Shown in pieces: positions 15,104-31,800 of a stretch of DNA of 64,000 bases. The notes under the pieces are model-generated. The model did not search any database, was not told the origin of the DNA, and worked only from the letters and a program-made list of their open reading frames with translations. Each line of letters begins with the position of its first letter. Position 1 is the stretch's first letter. Origin of the DNA: the human T2T-CHM13v2.0 reference genome, Homo sapiens; NCBI RefSeq assembly GCF_009914755.1, contig NC_060937.1, one strand, 5' to 3'. A program made the position numbers and the translations under genes.

Positions 15104-15550
15104 GTATTAATTAACATGATGCTACATTTTTACTTGAGTTTCCAAATATGATCTACATTTGAAAGTGGTTTGAAAAAAATAAGATTTGATACATTTCTTA
15201 ATGCAATTTTATTTCTTTAAGGCAAAGGGAAGCTTCTTATTCTCAATAAAATCCAAATATAATTATATTTTCAATATTTTGCCTAAAGTTTTGAGAATAA
15301 ACATTCCCAACTCTTCCCAATGATAACAGGAGAAATGATGCTAGGTTAATGGCAGATGCACAATATGGTTGATGCAGACATAGAAGCAAGGAAGGAAGAG
15401 GCTACTAAAATCTGTTATACTGAGATGTGTAATGGAAATACAAGGGTAGCAAAGGAAGGAGTGAGGGCAGATGATTGCCATATAAGATATCTTTCAGATT
15501 TTAGATGCTGTTTCTTTATTTTTCTTTCATTTTTGTTATATTTTTATTGG

Positions 15551-16217
<667 letters not shown>

Positions 16218-16361
16218 AATTAATATATAACATACACATATAGAAAAGTGCATAAATTATAAGCATTGTTTGATGGTTTTCATATAGAACATAACCCATT
16301 AATTTAGTTTACGCACTACAATATATGTTTGCTGCCAATTTTAGGAGTTCCATTAGACAGA

Positions 16362-19008
<2,647 letters not shown>

Positions 19009-20379
19009 GCATTCTTCCATTTACATCACACCGAAGGCAACCATTTGCTTGCATTGTTCTTAAATTAACTCTTTCTCTCTCTGTGTGTCTCACAGAGAGA
19101 GAGAGATGCAATAGCTGCATTTTTGTCACTAGCTTATTTAGCTCAACATTAGCTTCTGAAATTAATTTGTTTTGTTGCACATATTTGCAGTCCACTCATT
19201 ACCATTACTTTGCATCACCCTTTGGATGAATATAACACAGTTCAATTATTTATTCTCCTGCTTATAAGCATTCAGGTAGTTTTTAGTTTGGGGCAATTAT
19301 AAATGTTACTTCTATGAACATTCTTAAATATTTCTTAACTGAACATATGCACACATTTCTATTGGGTATATAACTAGAAATAAAATTACTGGGTTCATGT
19401 ATTCAGTGTTAGGAGATGCTGCCAAAAAAGTCTTCCACATTGGATATGCCAATTTGCATTCCCTCTTTCTCTCTGTAGGAAAGCTCCCAGGTTGCACCAC
19501 TTGTCTGCACTTGGCATTGCCAGAACTTTCAATTTCAGTGGTTCTGATGTATGTGTAATGGTATCCGAACGTGATTTCAATTTCTGCTTTTTTATACCTG
19601 CTAAAGTTGTGAATCTTATGTTTATTGACCTATTTACTTTAACCAGATTGAAAATATTTCATCCAATAAAAGGATATGGATCTTAATTTGAGTGGAATAA
19701 TAGCATTACTGCCTCATGTATAACTATAATCAAAGCTGAAAGTGACAGAGGAGGGAGAAATTTAGTTGTATTCTGCTATGAGACTTTTACTGTATTGTTT
19801 ATCTCACTTTAGGTCTACTTCTGCTCCCATTGAGTTACAGGTGTTACAGTAGAGATTAAATTTGTATAAATTGAAAAAGTATATACATATGCATATAAAC
19901 AGTTTTTAAATACAGGAATGAACCAAGCATAAGTTTCTTCTCTTCCATATCACCTATTTTTTATATATCTATCCTCACATATTTGCTTTAGAACCTTAAT
20001 TGTGCTATCCATATAAGTTAATTTTTAAGTCTACAAGGTTATCATGCTACTAACGTGCATAACTATTGTTGTAGCAGTATTTACATCAATTTTTGAGAAT
20101 TAGATGGGAGGAAAGAGCCATGTCTCTTAATTTCAAAATTTGAGATATTATTTAGTAAACAACAAAACTAAGTCTCCTATCCAGAAATCTGATTTATTTC
20201 ATAACATCAAGCTTTCCTATTTTACACACATTGTTTTATTTAGATCTTCATTGTCTCTTAAATTAATGATTGGCATCATTTCCTATTAGATAGATCTACC
20301 CTAAGACACTTTTCATCATTATTTCCATCACATTTTCTACCTGGGATATTTTTTGCAAATAGCAAATGTGAGTAAATTG

Positions 20380-20800
20380 TATCATATTATCCCTTGTTTC
20401 TCTGCTGTCCAGAAGAATTTCTGCTTGGCTCTGTACTTGCTCTGTATCCTCATCTTGAGGAATCTATACTCTTCTTTTCATTGCCAATCATTCTTTCTCA
20501 TTGTTGACCTCTCTTTTTTCATCATTAATGAATTTTTAATGCTTCAATTTTCCTTGATTTGGTTCTGTGGCACCTAGTTTTCTCCTTTGATTTTCTTCTA
20601 ACTTGGATATTTACAACTCTCATTCTGTTACCTTCATACATGGACATTTACTAAGGTTATACTTTATGCTCCTTTCTTTTCTGTATTCACATACTCTCTC
20701 TCAATCTTCTCAGCTGTTCTTAGAGTGTAAATATTACCTCAATGTGAATAATATAAAATTTGTCCTCTATTTCAACTTCTGAAATTAAAAGACTCATATC
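20380..20800 (+). mobile_element. Degraded L2 fragment
   Basis: ctcatcttgaggaatctat...ttttccttgatttggttctgtggcacc...ctttcttttctgtattcacatactctctc resembles L2 ORF2. Confidence 0.45.
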
Positions 20801-23479
20801 TTGGGTTCATATGAAATAAAACCTCTGTCTGATACAGAGATAACGGAAACAGTGTGTCCCAGTATGGACATATGTAGTCATGGCATACTAATTACACTCA
20901 CATATTGTTCAGTTCCACTTGTAATTGGTTATAAGGGCACAAACTTTAAAGCTGAATATTCTTGTGCCATACCACTTGCATGAACCTAAGTAAGTTAGGT
21001 TCCACGATTACAACTCATTTTTCCTATTTGTGAAAAATAGGAATTTTTCATAAAAAATACAAATATAAATTGTCTTTTTTTTCTTATCAACTTTAAAAAT
21101 GCAAAAAATGTGCCTCAAGCCTGCCTCACAGTCTTGTGGAAAGATGGAAATATATGGCTTTCACATCCCAAGATCCTGTGGAATGTATTGTTTAGAAAGT
21201 GCAAAGACTAAGTGTTGGATTATTAAGTAGATTGTAGAATGAGAGCAAAACTTATCCTATATGCAGCCTGTGGCTGTGACTTGAGATGTAGCACTGAGAA
21301 GTACAGTGTTATGTTTTTCATTTGAGTTGTCCCTAGGGCATTGTGGTTTTAACACACATCTAAGTACTTTGTTCAAGATTTATATTCTTTTCTCTTTGTT
21401 TAATTTGAATGGATTTGAATCTTACAGCTTTTAAGTTTGAATGCACCACTTTTATAAAATTGTTATATTATGACAAATAATCAAAAACAGTAAAACATCT
21501 TTTTTCCCTTTTATAGAGAATTTTCTGTAGTCTAACTCTGACACATTACATGATTGCCTGTCTAAAACTCTTTGTTTAGATTTTATTATGCATATTGTTG
21601 TAAATTATAAAATGCTTAAATCAAAAGGAATATAATAAAATGTATTTTTTTATATTATGTCTGTTGCTTTTGAAAAGAAAACTTCATGTCAATAAACTCA
21701 CATCCTGAACTAGAAAAAAATGCTAAGCATTTCATAACCTGCTTATTTTGCTTTAAAATAGAAAGTCTCTCACATACTCATATGGTGTTTGCAATCTTAA
21801 CAGTTATCCAGGGACCTAAACCATCATTTCATGAAGCAAGTTGAATGTTTACCCAGCCCAAAATGCACTTAACATGGCAGTCAGTGCAGCTAGTATAAAT
21901 GGCCTCTCTCTAGGTGAAAGGCTCAAGTGTATACATGAATTAATGTATTTCTCCAGAGAGTGATCACTGGGCGCTTCTTATTAGTCAATTTATTCACTTG
22001 ATTAAAGATAACTAAACATATTTTATTTTGAAGAACTTTCTTAGTTATTAATTTGAGTCAAAGAAACAGGACAGCCAATTCACCTTAGCTACTGAAAATT
22101 GTGTGCAGAGAATTAGATACTTCATGCCGTTTTATATGTGCACTGATTAAGCATGAAGAGCATATACAGTTTATAAAAGAAAAAAAGTTGTTTTTTTATA
22201 TAGGTGCAAATGTCAATAAGCCCTTGATCTTTCAGGCATATAGAATCTGTAGTTAATTAACAAAAAATTTACCTCCTTCAAAAAGTATATATTATAAAGT
22301 GATTATGAAGGTTCATGCTGAATGGAAAAAACTGATTTAGTAGATAATATGGATTGCTTTGACTTTAGACATATTGTGAGTTAAACAGAAACTTATTTTA
22401 GCAGCATTAGATTTTAACTTTTTTATATAAAAGTGTTTTTTTTACAAGAGAGGTTCATGCTATGCTTAATTTGAAATGCAGTTCATTTTGCTGATGAGTT
22501 ATTTGCATAGAAATGCATGATGTACATAAGATAGAGTGTTTTAACATAAAATCTTTGAAAATAATGTTTAATTCTGTCAAATTTCTAAGAAATTATAAGG
22601 TGAACTATTGTATCTCCATATCTTGTACGTATGGGTTTAAGGTTATCTACAAGAGAATTATCTTAAATCTGTGTTTTTTGAGAAAATATACTTTTATTTT
22701 TTAAGGTACTTGGAAAAAAATGTTACTTTTTAAGTTATGTGATTATTTTAATAATTAAGACAATGTCAGGAACTTACAGAATAAGTTTTTAAAATCTGCC
22801 TTAATTCTAACTCTCAAAAATAAGAGTAGATGTCATTGTCAGCCAGGTATATTTTATACATTTATTTGGATAGACTAACAGAAAGCTTTTATGAAGACAG
22901 GACCATATTATGTATGCTATACTTTTATTTTTAAAATGATGGAGAGAGGGAATGGTTTTTGGAAGACAGCCTTGGCATTGTGAATGCATGCTTACTGCCC
23001 TTCCCAGCCTACTGTGATCCTGAGTTTCAGTGTCCATTCATATACTTCATCATGATGTGAGTGAAGTTGAGGACTGTGCTATAAGCTGGGAGGAGACAGT
23101 TGGCACCAAGGGATCAAACGTAACAACCAGGTGTGAAAAACCCTGAAACAAGAGTAAGATGGCATTTTCTGGAGATATTTAGGTTCTTGAAGATAACTAA
23201 GAAATAGAGCTGCTCTGGCCAGAGTAAATCCTTCTGGAAAGATCTTCTGACATCTCTGATTCCAGTGATTCTAGGGCTGTGGATCAGGTTTTGCTCTCTC
23301 TACCTCTAAGGCTGCTGTTGATGGAACTTTGCAAGAGAGGAGAGAAAGGAACAAAGGCAACCATTTTCACAACCGTTTGGCATACCCAGTATGTTATCAA
23401 TTCCAATATGTGAATATTTTTGTACCTGTCTTTTGATGCATATTTATGAGTTTGTATGAGATACATACTTGGAAGTGAA

Positions 23480-24535
23480 TTACAGAGACTCCTAATTGTC
23501 CCTCAATATTAATAATGTACCTTTTTAAAAGGTAAATCAGAATCCCTGATATTTAACTGGATACATGATCCCTCAGAATAAAAGTATGCTTTAGCCTAAT
23601 TTGCATCCATGTGTAAGTACTGGCCAAGTGAATGGAATGTTATGAAACACTGGTTTGCCAAATTAGTCCCAGACAAATCAGAGATCTTACCCTGCATTAA
23701 ACTTTACTATTAATTTCAGTTACACAAGTAATCTCATGGCACTTTAAAAAGAGTGATACAGGACTTTTAATGTGGTTACTGGGCTCCTTCTCACTACATT
23801 AGACATGCTTGGTCATGACTTACATATAAGGCATCTAACTGATATGTGTAACCACAGTACTTACACAAGAGAGAGTCATATCAGTTATGAAACACTTCCA
23901 TTTTATGTTAAGATAGTGATAGAGCTTTAGTGACATTTTCCAGGGAGCCATTGTCCATATATCCACATATTTTATTTTTGTTTCCTACAAACAGTCCTAA
24001 ACGGCCTGCCAAGTACTTCCCTCTGAAAGTGTCCAAGGCATACAGACTTTGCTGCTATCCAATATCATTAGTTTTTTTGTTTGTTTGTTTTTTGGCCAGG
24101 AAGTCTGTGATTGACATATATAAAAGGATATTAAAACACGTCACTTGCCTTCTTTCTTTCTTTAAATGCATATTGGATTCTTAACTCTTCTTCCCACACA
24201 TGTAAGCAGATGCAGTGTCTCTGAATTCCTGGCAGTAACCTTAACACTGTAAGACATGCTTTCTTCCTCCTTCCAATTAGAGTGTGGATGTTCTGGATAC
24301 AGATCTACCAGCCATTTTGGCCCCTAGTGTGACCTTCAGAATAGAAACTTTACCATGAGTAAAAACAAGATTAAAGGAGTCCGTGTCCCTATAGATTTGG
24401 AGTGACATATCACTGCTAGCATGCCTATTTCCGACCTTTTGCAATATCACAGAAAAATAAACGTTTATTTTGTTTAAACTCTAGTTCGTTTTTATGTTTT
24501 GAAACTCTCAGTTTACTATAATCCTAATGAATACA
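23480..24535 (+). mobile_element. LTR33-like (ERVL) LTR, interrupted at about 23640-24200
   Basis: 5' cagagactcctaattgtccctcaatatt...gaatccctgatatttaactggatacatg...cagaataaaag; resumes tgtaagcagatg; 3' agaaaaataaacgtttattttgtttaa...atcctaatgaataca. Confidence 0.65.
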
Positions 24536-24989
24536 AATTTGGAAGTTAGAAGTAGAATGCTGAACATAAAAGAGCCAAAAATATGTTAACATTGGAATAA
24601 TAGGAGCAGATGGGCGGCAAGAATCGAGTATGCACGTATTGCAGGCTGACAATCTGATGATGTCTGTTATATAATGGAAGCTATATCCTCACATTTTCAG
24701 ATACAGTAAAAGGCAGCAGTAGAGGGAATAGTGGAAAATTAACAGTGTTGGTCTCAGTTGTCCATTTCTTGCTACTTCTATTAGAGTCCTTCAAGAGAGA
24801 GGTACTTAGCCAAGATTAGACACTCAGTCTTGAAGTGGGGATGTAGCTTTCTGCTAAAGGAGGCACACTCAGTGGCTAAATATCATGCAATTTGGAACTG
24901 TGACAGGTTGAAAATCCAATGGCTTCTGTTTCCCAGATTATATCATTATAAGCTGTGGTTGTCAATCAGCAGATTTAGCAGATTATATG

Positions 24990-25340
24990 ATTAAATACTT
25001 CTGACTGACTTACAGCTTGGTGTGGTCATGTTACTAAAGTTTGTCAAAGGAATGTAATTAGATCTATGTATAATTTCTGGAGAATGGCTTTAAATAAAAG
25101 GAGCATTGGAAGTTGTTTTCTTATTTCCTACTGGTTGAATGTAAATATAATTGCTAGAGCTCCAACAGTAATTTTGGGACCAATCACGTTTCTGAAGATG
25201 AAAGCCCAATATAGCAGAACAACATGGCTGTATAAGCCTGAAACTGACCAAATGGAATATCATAGATCTTCTGGATTTCTATACTTCTTCGATAATAGAG
25301 AAGATTAAATTCTGATAAGAAGTTTCTATTCTTTATTTCT
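24990..25340 (+). mobile_element. Second LTR33-like LTR fragment
   Basis: cagcttggtgtggtcatgttactaaagtttgtcaaaggaatgtaa...tggttgaatgtaaatataattgctagagctccaacagtaattttgggacc. Confidence 0.55.
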
Positions 25341-26056
25341 GATACTACTAGTAAAATGAAACAGCTCTGGAATATTTGTGAAAAGCAAAATGCTTAAGAA
25401 ATGTTGACATAGAGGAAGTAAGAGAATATTAAAATAAAGCAAATAAAGAAAACACATTAAAGCACATTGCACTTATATACGCAGGATACTTTCTGTTCAA
25501 AGTATAAAGGATTACATAGCATAAGATTATATACTGATAAACAGCTATAATTCTCCCTTCAAATTAGAAGTCATAAACAAATACACACCAGATAAAGTCA
25601 TTAACTATTTAAGGTCATAATTATTTGAAATGCATATTTCAATCTCCAACAATATATTTTATTAGCTAGTCTGAAATAAATATGAATCTAAAATTTGCAG
25701 GATAAATAAAATTACAAGAGTTTAAAAACAAAGTGAAGTTAGGGAGACAACAGGACACAAAAGCCAGTTTTTATTTTGATAATTCATGAAAAACCCTGGA
25801 TTTGTTGATCTTGTATTTTCACGATTCCATAGGGTGCAGAAGATGGAAGGAAAAATGTAGGGATCAATCAACTTTAGATATCTAATTCAAAATGACTCAG
25901 ACTTTGGGATTCAATAGGCTATACCTTATGTAAAAAGGTTAGCGAAAAAATTCAAAATATAATGATAAAAATAAATTATCATTTCAGTGGCTCTGTGGAA
26001 TGGTGCTGGAGCTTCTTCCAGGACAATTTATAACTAAGCCAGCCCTCCCTTAATTT

Positions 26057-26600
26057 TGTGGTGTAAATCCATACTACCACATGGTCAAAAACACCTCATG
26101 GATAAAATTTAATTTAACAGACTCCCAGGTTAGCAGTGTATCAAATGACTGGTAGGACTAACTACAGATTGTTTCTGGAAGAAGAAAACTTCAAACTGTA
26201 CTTTAAATAATTCCCTAAAGAAAAGGCCAAAAGAATTATGTATTATACTCACAGGTCACAGAGAAGGGGCCACAGCATGTGATGCAGAGCATTTTTGGAA
26301 GCACAAGATTTGGGTCAGGTGGTAGAAGAAAACAAAAGGAAAGCCCGAGGCTATAGGGCCTTTATTGGTGTTTTCTAGGAAAAAAAAAAAATGTAGGGCA
26401 GGATAAACAGCTTAGGATTGGCTAAATGACTAATTAAATGATTAATTTCAGTGGGCTTTGCGTTACAGGGATTGTCTCCAGTTGCCTTGTACCTGGCCCT
26501 GGGATGATTAAGGCAGAGGAATAGTGTCTCTTGGGGTGTATAGGTCGGACAGAAAAGTTATGCCTCTGGGTTACTTACTTTGTATATCAAAGGGAATCTG
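26057..26600 (-). mobile_element. Old ERVL-type LTR, subfamily unassigned
   Basis: gcctttattgg (antisense AATAAA), ttaggattggcta (antisense CCAAT), gtacctggccctgggatgattaaggcagaggaata resemble the MER74/MER76/LTR5x group. Confidence 0.5.
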
Positions 26601-27565
26601 ATGTTTTAAATGTATTGAGCTTTTCTTATTTTATTTTGTGTCCTGGAAATGATACCAATTATGTCTAAGCATATTTCAATGAGCAGATCATTTTTTTACT
26701 ATTTAGCCAGTTACAATGAAGTAATTGTTCTTCAAAAAAAATTTTTTTGCCAACTTTGTACCTATTTTACACACAACTTATACTAAAAACAGCCCACATT
26801 ATTCTATCAAAAGTCTATGACTAGAATGCCTGTGATAACTTCATTTTCTGATGATAAAGGCTTAGTTTTGAAGAATTATTCCAAAGACCAGCTCCTTAAT
26901 AGTGACTTCACTAAACAGCACATCCAGACACATACATTCTACCTTCATAGCAACTCACATGTTGTCCCATAACTCTAGTATACACTGTTGGAATTATTTG
27001 TTCATAATTGAAATATATTTGTTAGATTTGGATAGATTTCCATTTAATCATCTTAGCATTAATGATACTATTGGTTGCACTGTGAGTTTGCAACTGAAAA
27101 AAAAAAAGAAACACTGGGTAATATATGACAGCCTCAGACACGAGGAGGTCTAAATCATTCAACACTTTGTGAGGTTTTCAGAACAGAGGTACAGAAAAGA
27201 AATGAAACGCTCATTTCTGACAAACAAAAGCTGACCATTTTGTGGAATTAACAATTAATTTATTGCCTCATGTAAACAAACTCAAACATTTAACAACATT
27301 ATGTTGGAACTTTTGTCTATGTTCAAAACTAACTATAGAGTTTGTATCTAGTAACTGTAGAGTTTGTATATGGTAAGTAGAAGAAACGTTTCTGGTGTTA
27401 GTGCTTGATGTATGTCCCATTCAGTAAACACATCTAGCGCTGTATAAGACTTTGATAAAAATAAGCATTATTGAAAATAAAAAGGAGAAAATATTAACCC
27501 AAACATTCTTCAAAGTGATCCTTCTTACGTGCATGTTAAAATGAACGTCTTTCAAGAAAAATTTA

Positions 27566-28132
27566 CAAAGAGGTGGAAGTGGCCCATTCAAAACAGAAGT
27601 AGACTGGTCAAGAGCAAAAGTCATGGCAATAGTTTTTTTTGGATGCCCAACTTTGTCTTTTGACTTCCTGAAGGCCCAAAGAGTGATAATATCTGTTTAT
27701 TATCAGAGTGTTTTGAGAAAGCCAAAACTTTAGTAGAAAAATGCTGGGAAAGCTTCATCAGAGAGTCCTTCTTTACCATGACAATGATCCTGCTCATTCT
27801 TTTTATCAATCAGGAGTAATTTTTCCAGAGTTTATATAAAAATCATTAAGCATTCACTTTATAGTACTGATTTGGCTCATTCTGATTGATTTTTGTTTCC
27901 TAAACTTAAAACATCTATAAACCTATTTTTCTTCAATTAATAATGCAGAAGTGACCACATTGGCATAGTTTAATTCCCAGGCCACTGAGTTCTTTAGGGA
28001 TAGACTAAATAGACTGTAAATGACTTATATAAAGTTTCTTGATTTTGACGGACCTTATGTTGAAAAATAAAATGTATATATCTTTATCTTTTAATTCTAT
28101 TCTTCCGCAAGCATTTTAATGTTACTCACCTA
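27566..28132 (+). mobile_element. HSMAR2 mariner transposon, 3' half of dead transposase plus right end
   Basis: gactggtcaagagcaaaagtcatggcaatagtttttttggatgc (KVMA.VFWD), ccatgacaatgatcctgctcatt (HDNA.AH-like), tatagtactgatttggctcattctga (YSPDLAPSD-like), then tatgttgaaaaataaa and HSMAR2-like 3' end. Confidence 0.88.
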
Positions 28133-28155
28133 CATGACTTTAAAAGTAGACTTCT

Positions 28156-28511
28156 GACTCAGTTAGTTGGGAATGCTATAACAAAATATCATAGACAGGA
28201 TGGCTTAAGCAACATATATGTATCTTAGTTTTGGTGTCTGGGAAGCTGAAGATCAAAATGCTAACAGACTTGGTTTTGGTGAGGACTCAATTCCTGGATT
28301 TCTGATGACTTGCTGTAGCCTCACAAGTCAAAGAGAGGAATCTCTGATGTCTCTTTTTCATGTAAGAATACCAAACCCATCATGAGGGTTTCACTCTCAT
28401 GACTTTATCTGAATCTGATTAGCTCCCAAATGCTGCACTTCCTAATGCCATTACATTGGGGAATGAGGCCAGAACAAATAAATTTTGGAGGCACAAACGT
28501 TGTCTTTAACA
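28156..28511 (-). mobile_element. MLT1A-type MaLR LTR
   Basis: tgctataacaaaatatcatagacaggatggcttaa...tctgggaagctgaagatcaa...cccatcatgagggtttcactctcatgac...aattttggaggcacaaac. Confidence 0.8.
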
Positions 28512-28631
28512 GGCTTCCAATCGAATATGAATATGACAGTAGAAGCAAGTGGGAAAATGAAAAATATTTCTATACGGGCTTCTAAATTTACTTCAAGTTA
28601 GTAGTATATTTCTCATCAAAACTATGTTGTA

Positions 28632-31343
28632 CTGAATACTACTTATGTGAATCGTATTTATTGACTTGTGTATGTTGAACCTTCCCTGCATGCCTTTGAT
28701 GAAACTCACTTAATCATGGGAAATCGTCTTTATAATGTGCTGTTGGATTTGGTTTGATAGCATTTTGTTGACTATTTGTGATAACCTCAATAGACAAATA
28801 AAAAACATTCAATAAAATCCAGCATCCCTTTATGATAAAATCCCTTAACAATTTAGGCATAGAAGAAAGATACCTCAAAATAATAAAAGCCATATATGAT
28901 AAACTCACAGCCAACATCATACTAAACAATGAAAAGTTAAAAGCATTTCCACTAAGAACTGGAGCAAAATGAGGATGTTCACTTTTACCACTTCTATTCT
29001 ACATAGTACTGGAAGTCCTAGCCAGAGAAATCAGGTAAGAGAAAGAAACAAAGGACATCTAAATTAGAAAAGAGAAAGTCAAACTATCTCTAACTATAAT
29101 ATAATATTACACCTAGAAAACCCTAAATACTCTTCCAAAAGTCTCCTAGATTTGATAAATAAAGTCAGTAAAGCCTCAGGTTACCAAATCAATGTATACA
29201 AATCAGTAGCATTGCCATAGACTGAGAATCAAATCAAGATCACACTGAGAATTAAATCAAGAGCTTGAACACATTGACAATAGTGACAAAACATTTAAAA
29301 TATCTAGAAATATAATTAACCAAGAAGGTGAAAGATTTCTACAAGGAATACTATAAAACACCACAAAAAGAAATCACAGATGGCATAAACAAAAAAAAAT
29401 TTCTATGCTCATGGATTAGAAGAATCAATATTTTAAAAACAAACATATTGCCCAAAGCAATCTACAGATTCTATGTTATTCCTATAGAAATACTAACATC
29501 ATTTTCCATAGAATTAGAAAAAATAATCCTAAAATTCATATGAAACCAAAAAAGAGCCCTAACAGCCAAAGCAATCCTAAGCAAAAAGAACCAATCTGGA
29601 AGGATCACACTACCAAACTTCAAATTATACTACAAGGCTATATTAATCAAAACAGCATGGTACTGGTAAAAAGTAGACACATAGACCAATAGAAGATAAT
29701 AGAAAAATACAGCCAAATACATACAACCAACTGATCTTCAACAAACTAAACACAAGAATATGCTAGAGGATGGATACCCTATTTAATAAATGGTTCTGGG
29801 AAAATTGGATAGCCATGTGTAGAAGAATAAAACTGGATCCATATCTCTCACTATATAAAAAAATCAATTGAAACTGGATTAAACACTTAAATCTAAGACC
29901 TGAAACCATAAAAGTTTTAGAAGAAAACCTAGGGAAAACACTTGCTGACATTGGCTTAGGCCAGACATTGGCTTAGGCCAAGAATTTATGACTGTAACTC
30001 CCAAAGAAAATACAACAAAAACAAAGGTAAATAAATGGGACCTACCTAAATTAAAGAGCTTCTGAAAAACAAAAGAAATAATCAAGAGAGTAAATAGACA
30101 ACCTACAGAATAGCAGACAATATTTGCAAAATATACCTCCAATGGACTAAATCTACAAGGAACTCAAGCAAATTAGCAAGAAAAAAAAGATCTCATTTAA
30201 AAAATGAGAAACAACATGAATAGACATTTCTCAAAAGAAGATATACAAATGGTCAAAAAGCATATAAAAAATGTTGAACATTACTAATCATCAGAGAAGT
30301 GCAAATTGAAACACAATGAGATACCACCTCGTCAGAATCAGAATGGCCATTATTAAGAAGTCAAAAATAAAATAGACTGTGCACAGTGACTTATACATAT
30401 AATTCCAGCACCTCGGGAGGCTTAGGCAGGCAGATTGCTTGAGCTCAGGAGTTTGAGCCCGGGTAACATGGCAGAACCCCGTCTCTAGAAAAAATACAAA
30501 AATTAGCCAGGTGTGGTGGCATGCCTCTTATCCCAGCTACTTGGGGGGCTGAGGTGGGAGAGTTACCTGAGCCCAGGAAGTCAAGGCTTCAGTGAGCCAA
30601 TATCATGTCTCTGCACTCCACCCTGTGTGACGAAGTGAGATCCTGTCTCAAACAAACAGACAAACAAACAAACAAACAAACAAAAAGCAATAGATGTTAG
30701 CACAAATGTGGTGAAAATGAAATTCTTCTACACTGCTGGTACAAATGTAAATTCATATGACCTCTATAGAAAACAGTATGGCTATTTCTCAAAGAACTAA
30801 AAGTAGACCTACCATTCTATCCAGCAATCTCACTACTAAGCATCTATCCAAATGAAAATAAATAATTATATCAAAAGACACTTGCACATGCATTTTTATC
30901 ACAGCACAATTCACAATTGTAAAGCTATGGAATCAACCTAAGTGCCCATCAACTGATGAGTAGAAAAAGAATATAAGGTTTATATGTGCTATGGAATACC
31001 ACTTAGCCATAAAAAGAGAATGAAATAATCTCTTTTGCAGCAACTTGGACAGAATTGAAGGCCATTATTCCAAGTGAAATAAAGTGAATGGAAAACCAAA
31101 TACCACATATTATCACTTATAAGTAAGAGTTAAACTAGGAGTATGCAAAGGCATATAATGTGGTATTATGGACATTGGAGATTATGTATGGGGGTGTGAG
31201 GAATGAAAAATTACCATTGTTTACAACATGCACTATTTAGATGACAAGTACACTAAAAGCCCAGACTTCCCCACTACACAATTCATTCTTGTAAACAAAA
31301 ACCACTTGTATCCTTAAATTATTAAGATAAATATTATTTTCAA
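28632..31343 (+). mobile_element. 5'-truncated, 5'-inverted L1PB
   Basis: Antisense ORF2 segment 28632-28771, then sense ORF2 to L1PB 3'UTR (actaaaagcccagacttccccactacacaattc); TSD aaaactatgttgta (28618-28631) / aaagctacgttgta (31344-31357). Confidence 0.9.
30375..30682 (+). mobile_element. AluJ inside the L1PB, with (CAAA)n tail
   Basis: gattgcttgagctcaggagtt, aggaagtcaaggcttcagtgagcc, gatcctgtctc; TSD-like ...aatag on both sides. Confidence 0.9.
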
Positions 31344-31599
31344 AAAGCTACGTTGTAACATATCTTTATTCAAACATATGTTAACTAGGAAATCAAAATA
31401 CATACTAACGAAGAAATAATTTTCAATATCAAAATCGACCCACTCTGCTTAACATGATTAATGAAATCTCTCTAAGCATATTTTTACAAAAACCTTTCTT
31501 TTCAGCATTAATTCACAAAATTGTTTTTATTAAGTTGTAACTTAAAGTACTTTTAAAAAATATTCTATGATTAATATAAAACAATGGTGTCATCAACTC

Positions 31600-31800
31600 T
31601 GTAACATACTGTGGAAGAAACAACAACTGTGAAGTCAAGCCTGTAGTGTTTAACTCAAGTTTTTCTATTTACCTCCAGAGTGATCAAGGAAAAGTTACCT
31701 AATTTATTTGAATCTTAGTTTCTTTACTTTTAAAATGAAAACAGTTACAGTTCCAGGACTAACATAAAGCTTTAGATAAACTAGTGTTGACTGGAAAATG
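31600..31800 (+). mobile_element. MIR fragment
   Basis: aagttacctaatttatttgaatcttagtttctttacttttaaaatg resembles the MIR core. Confidence 0.5.
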
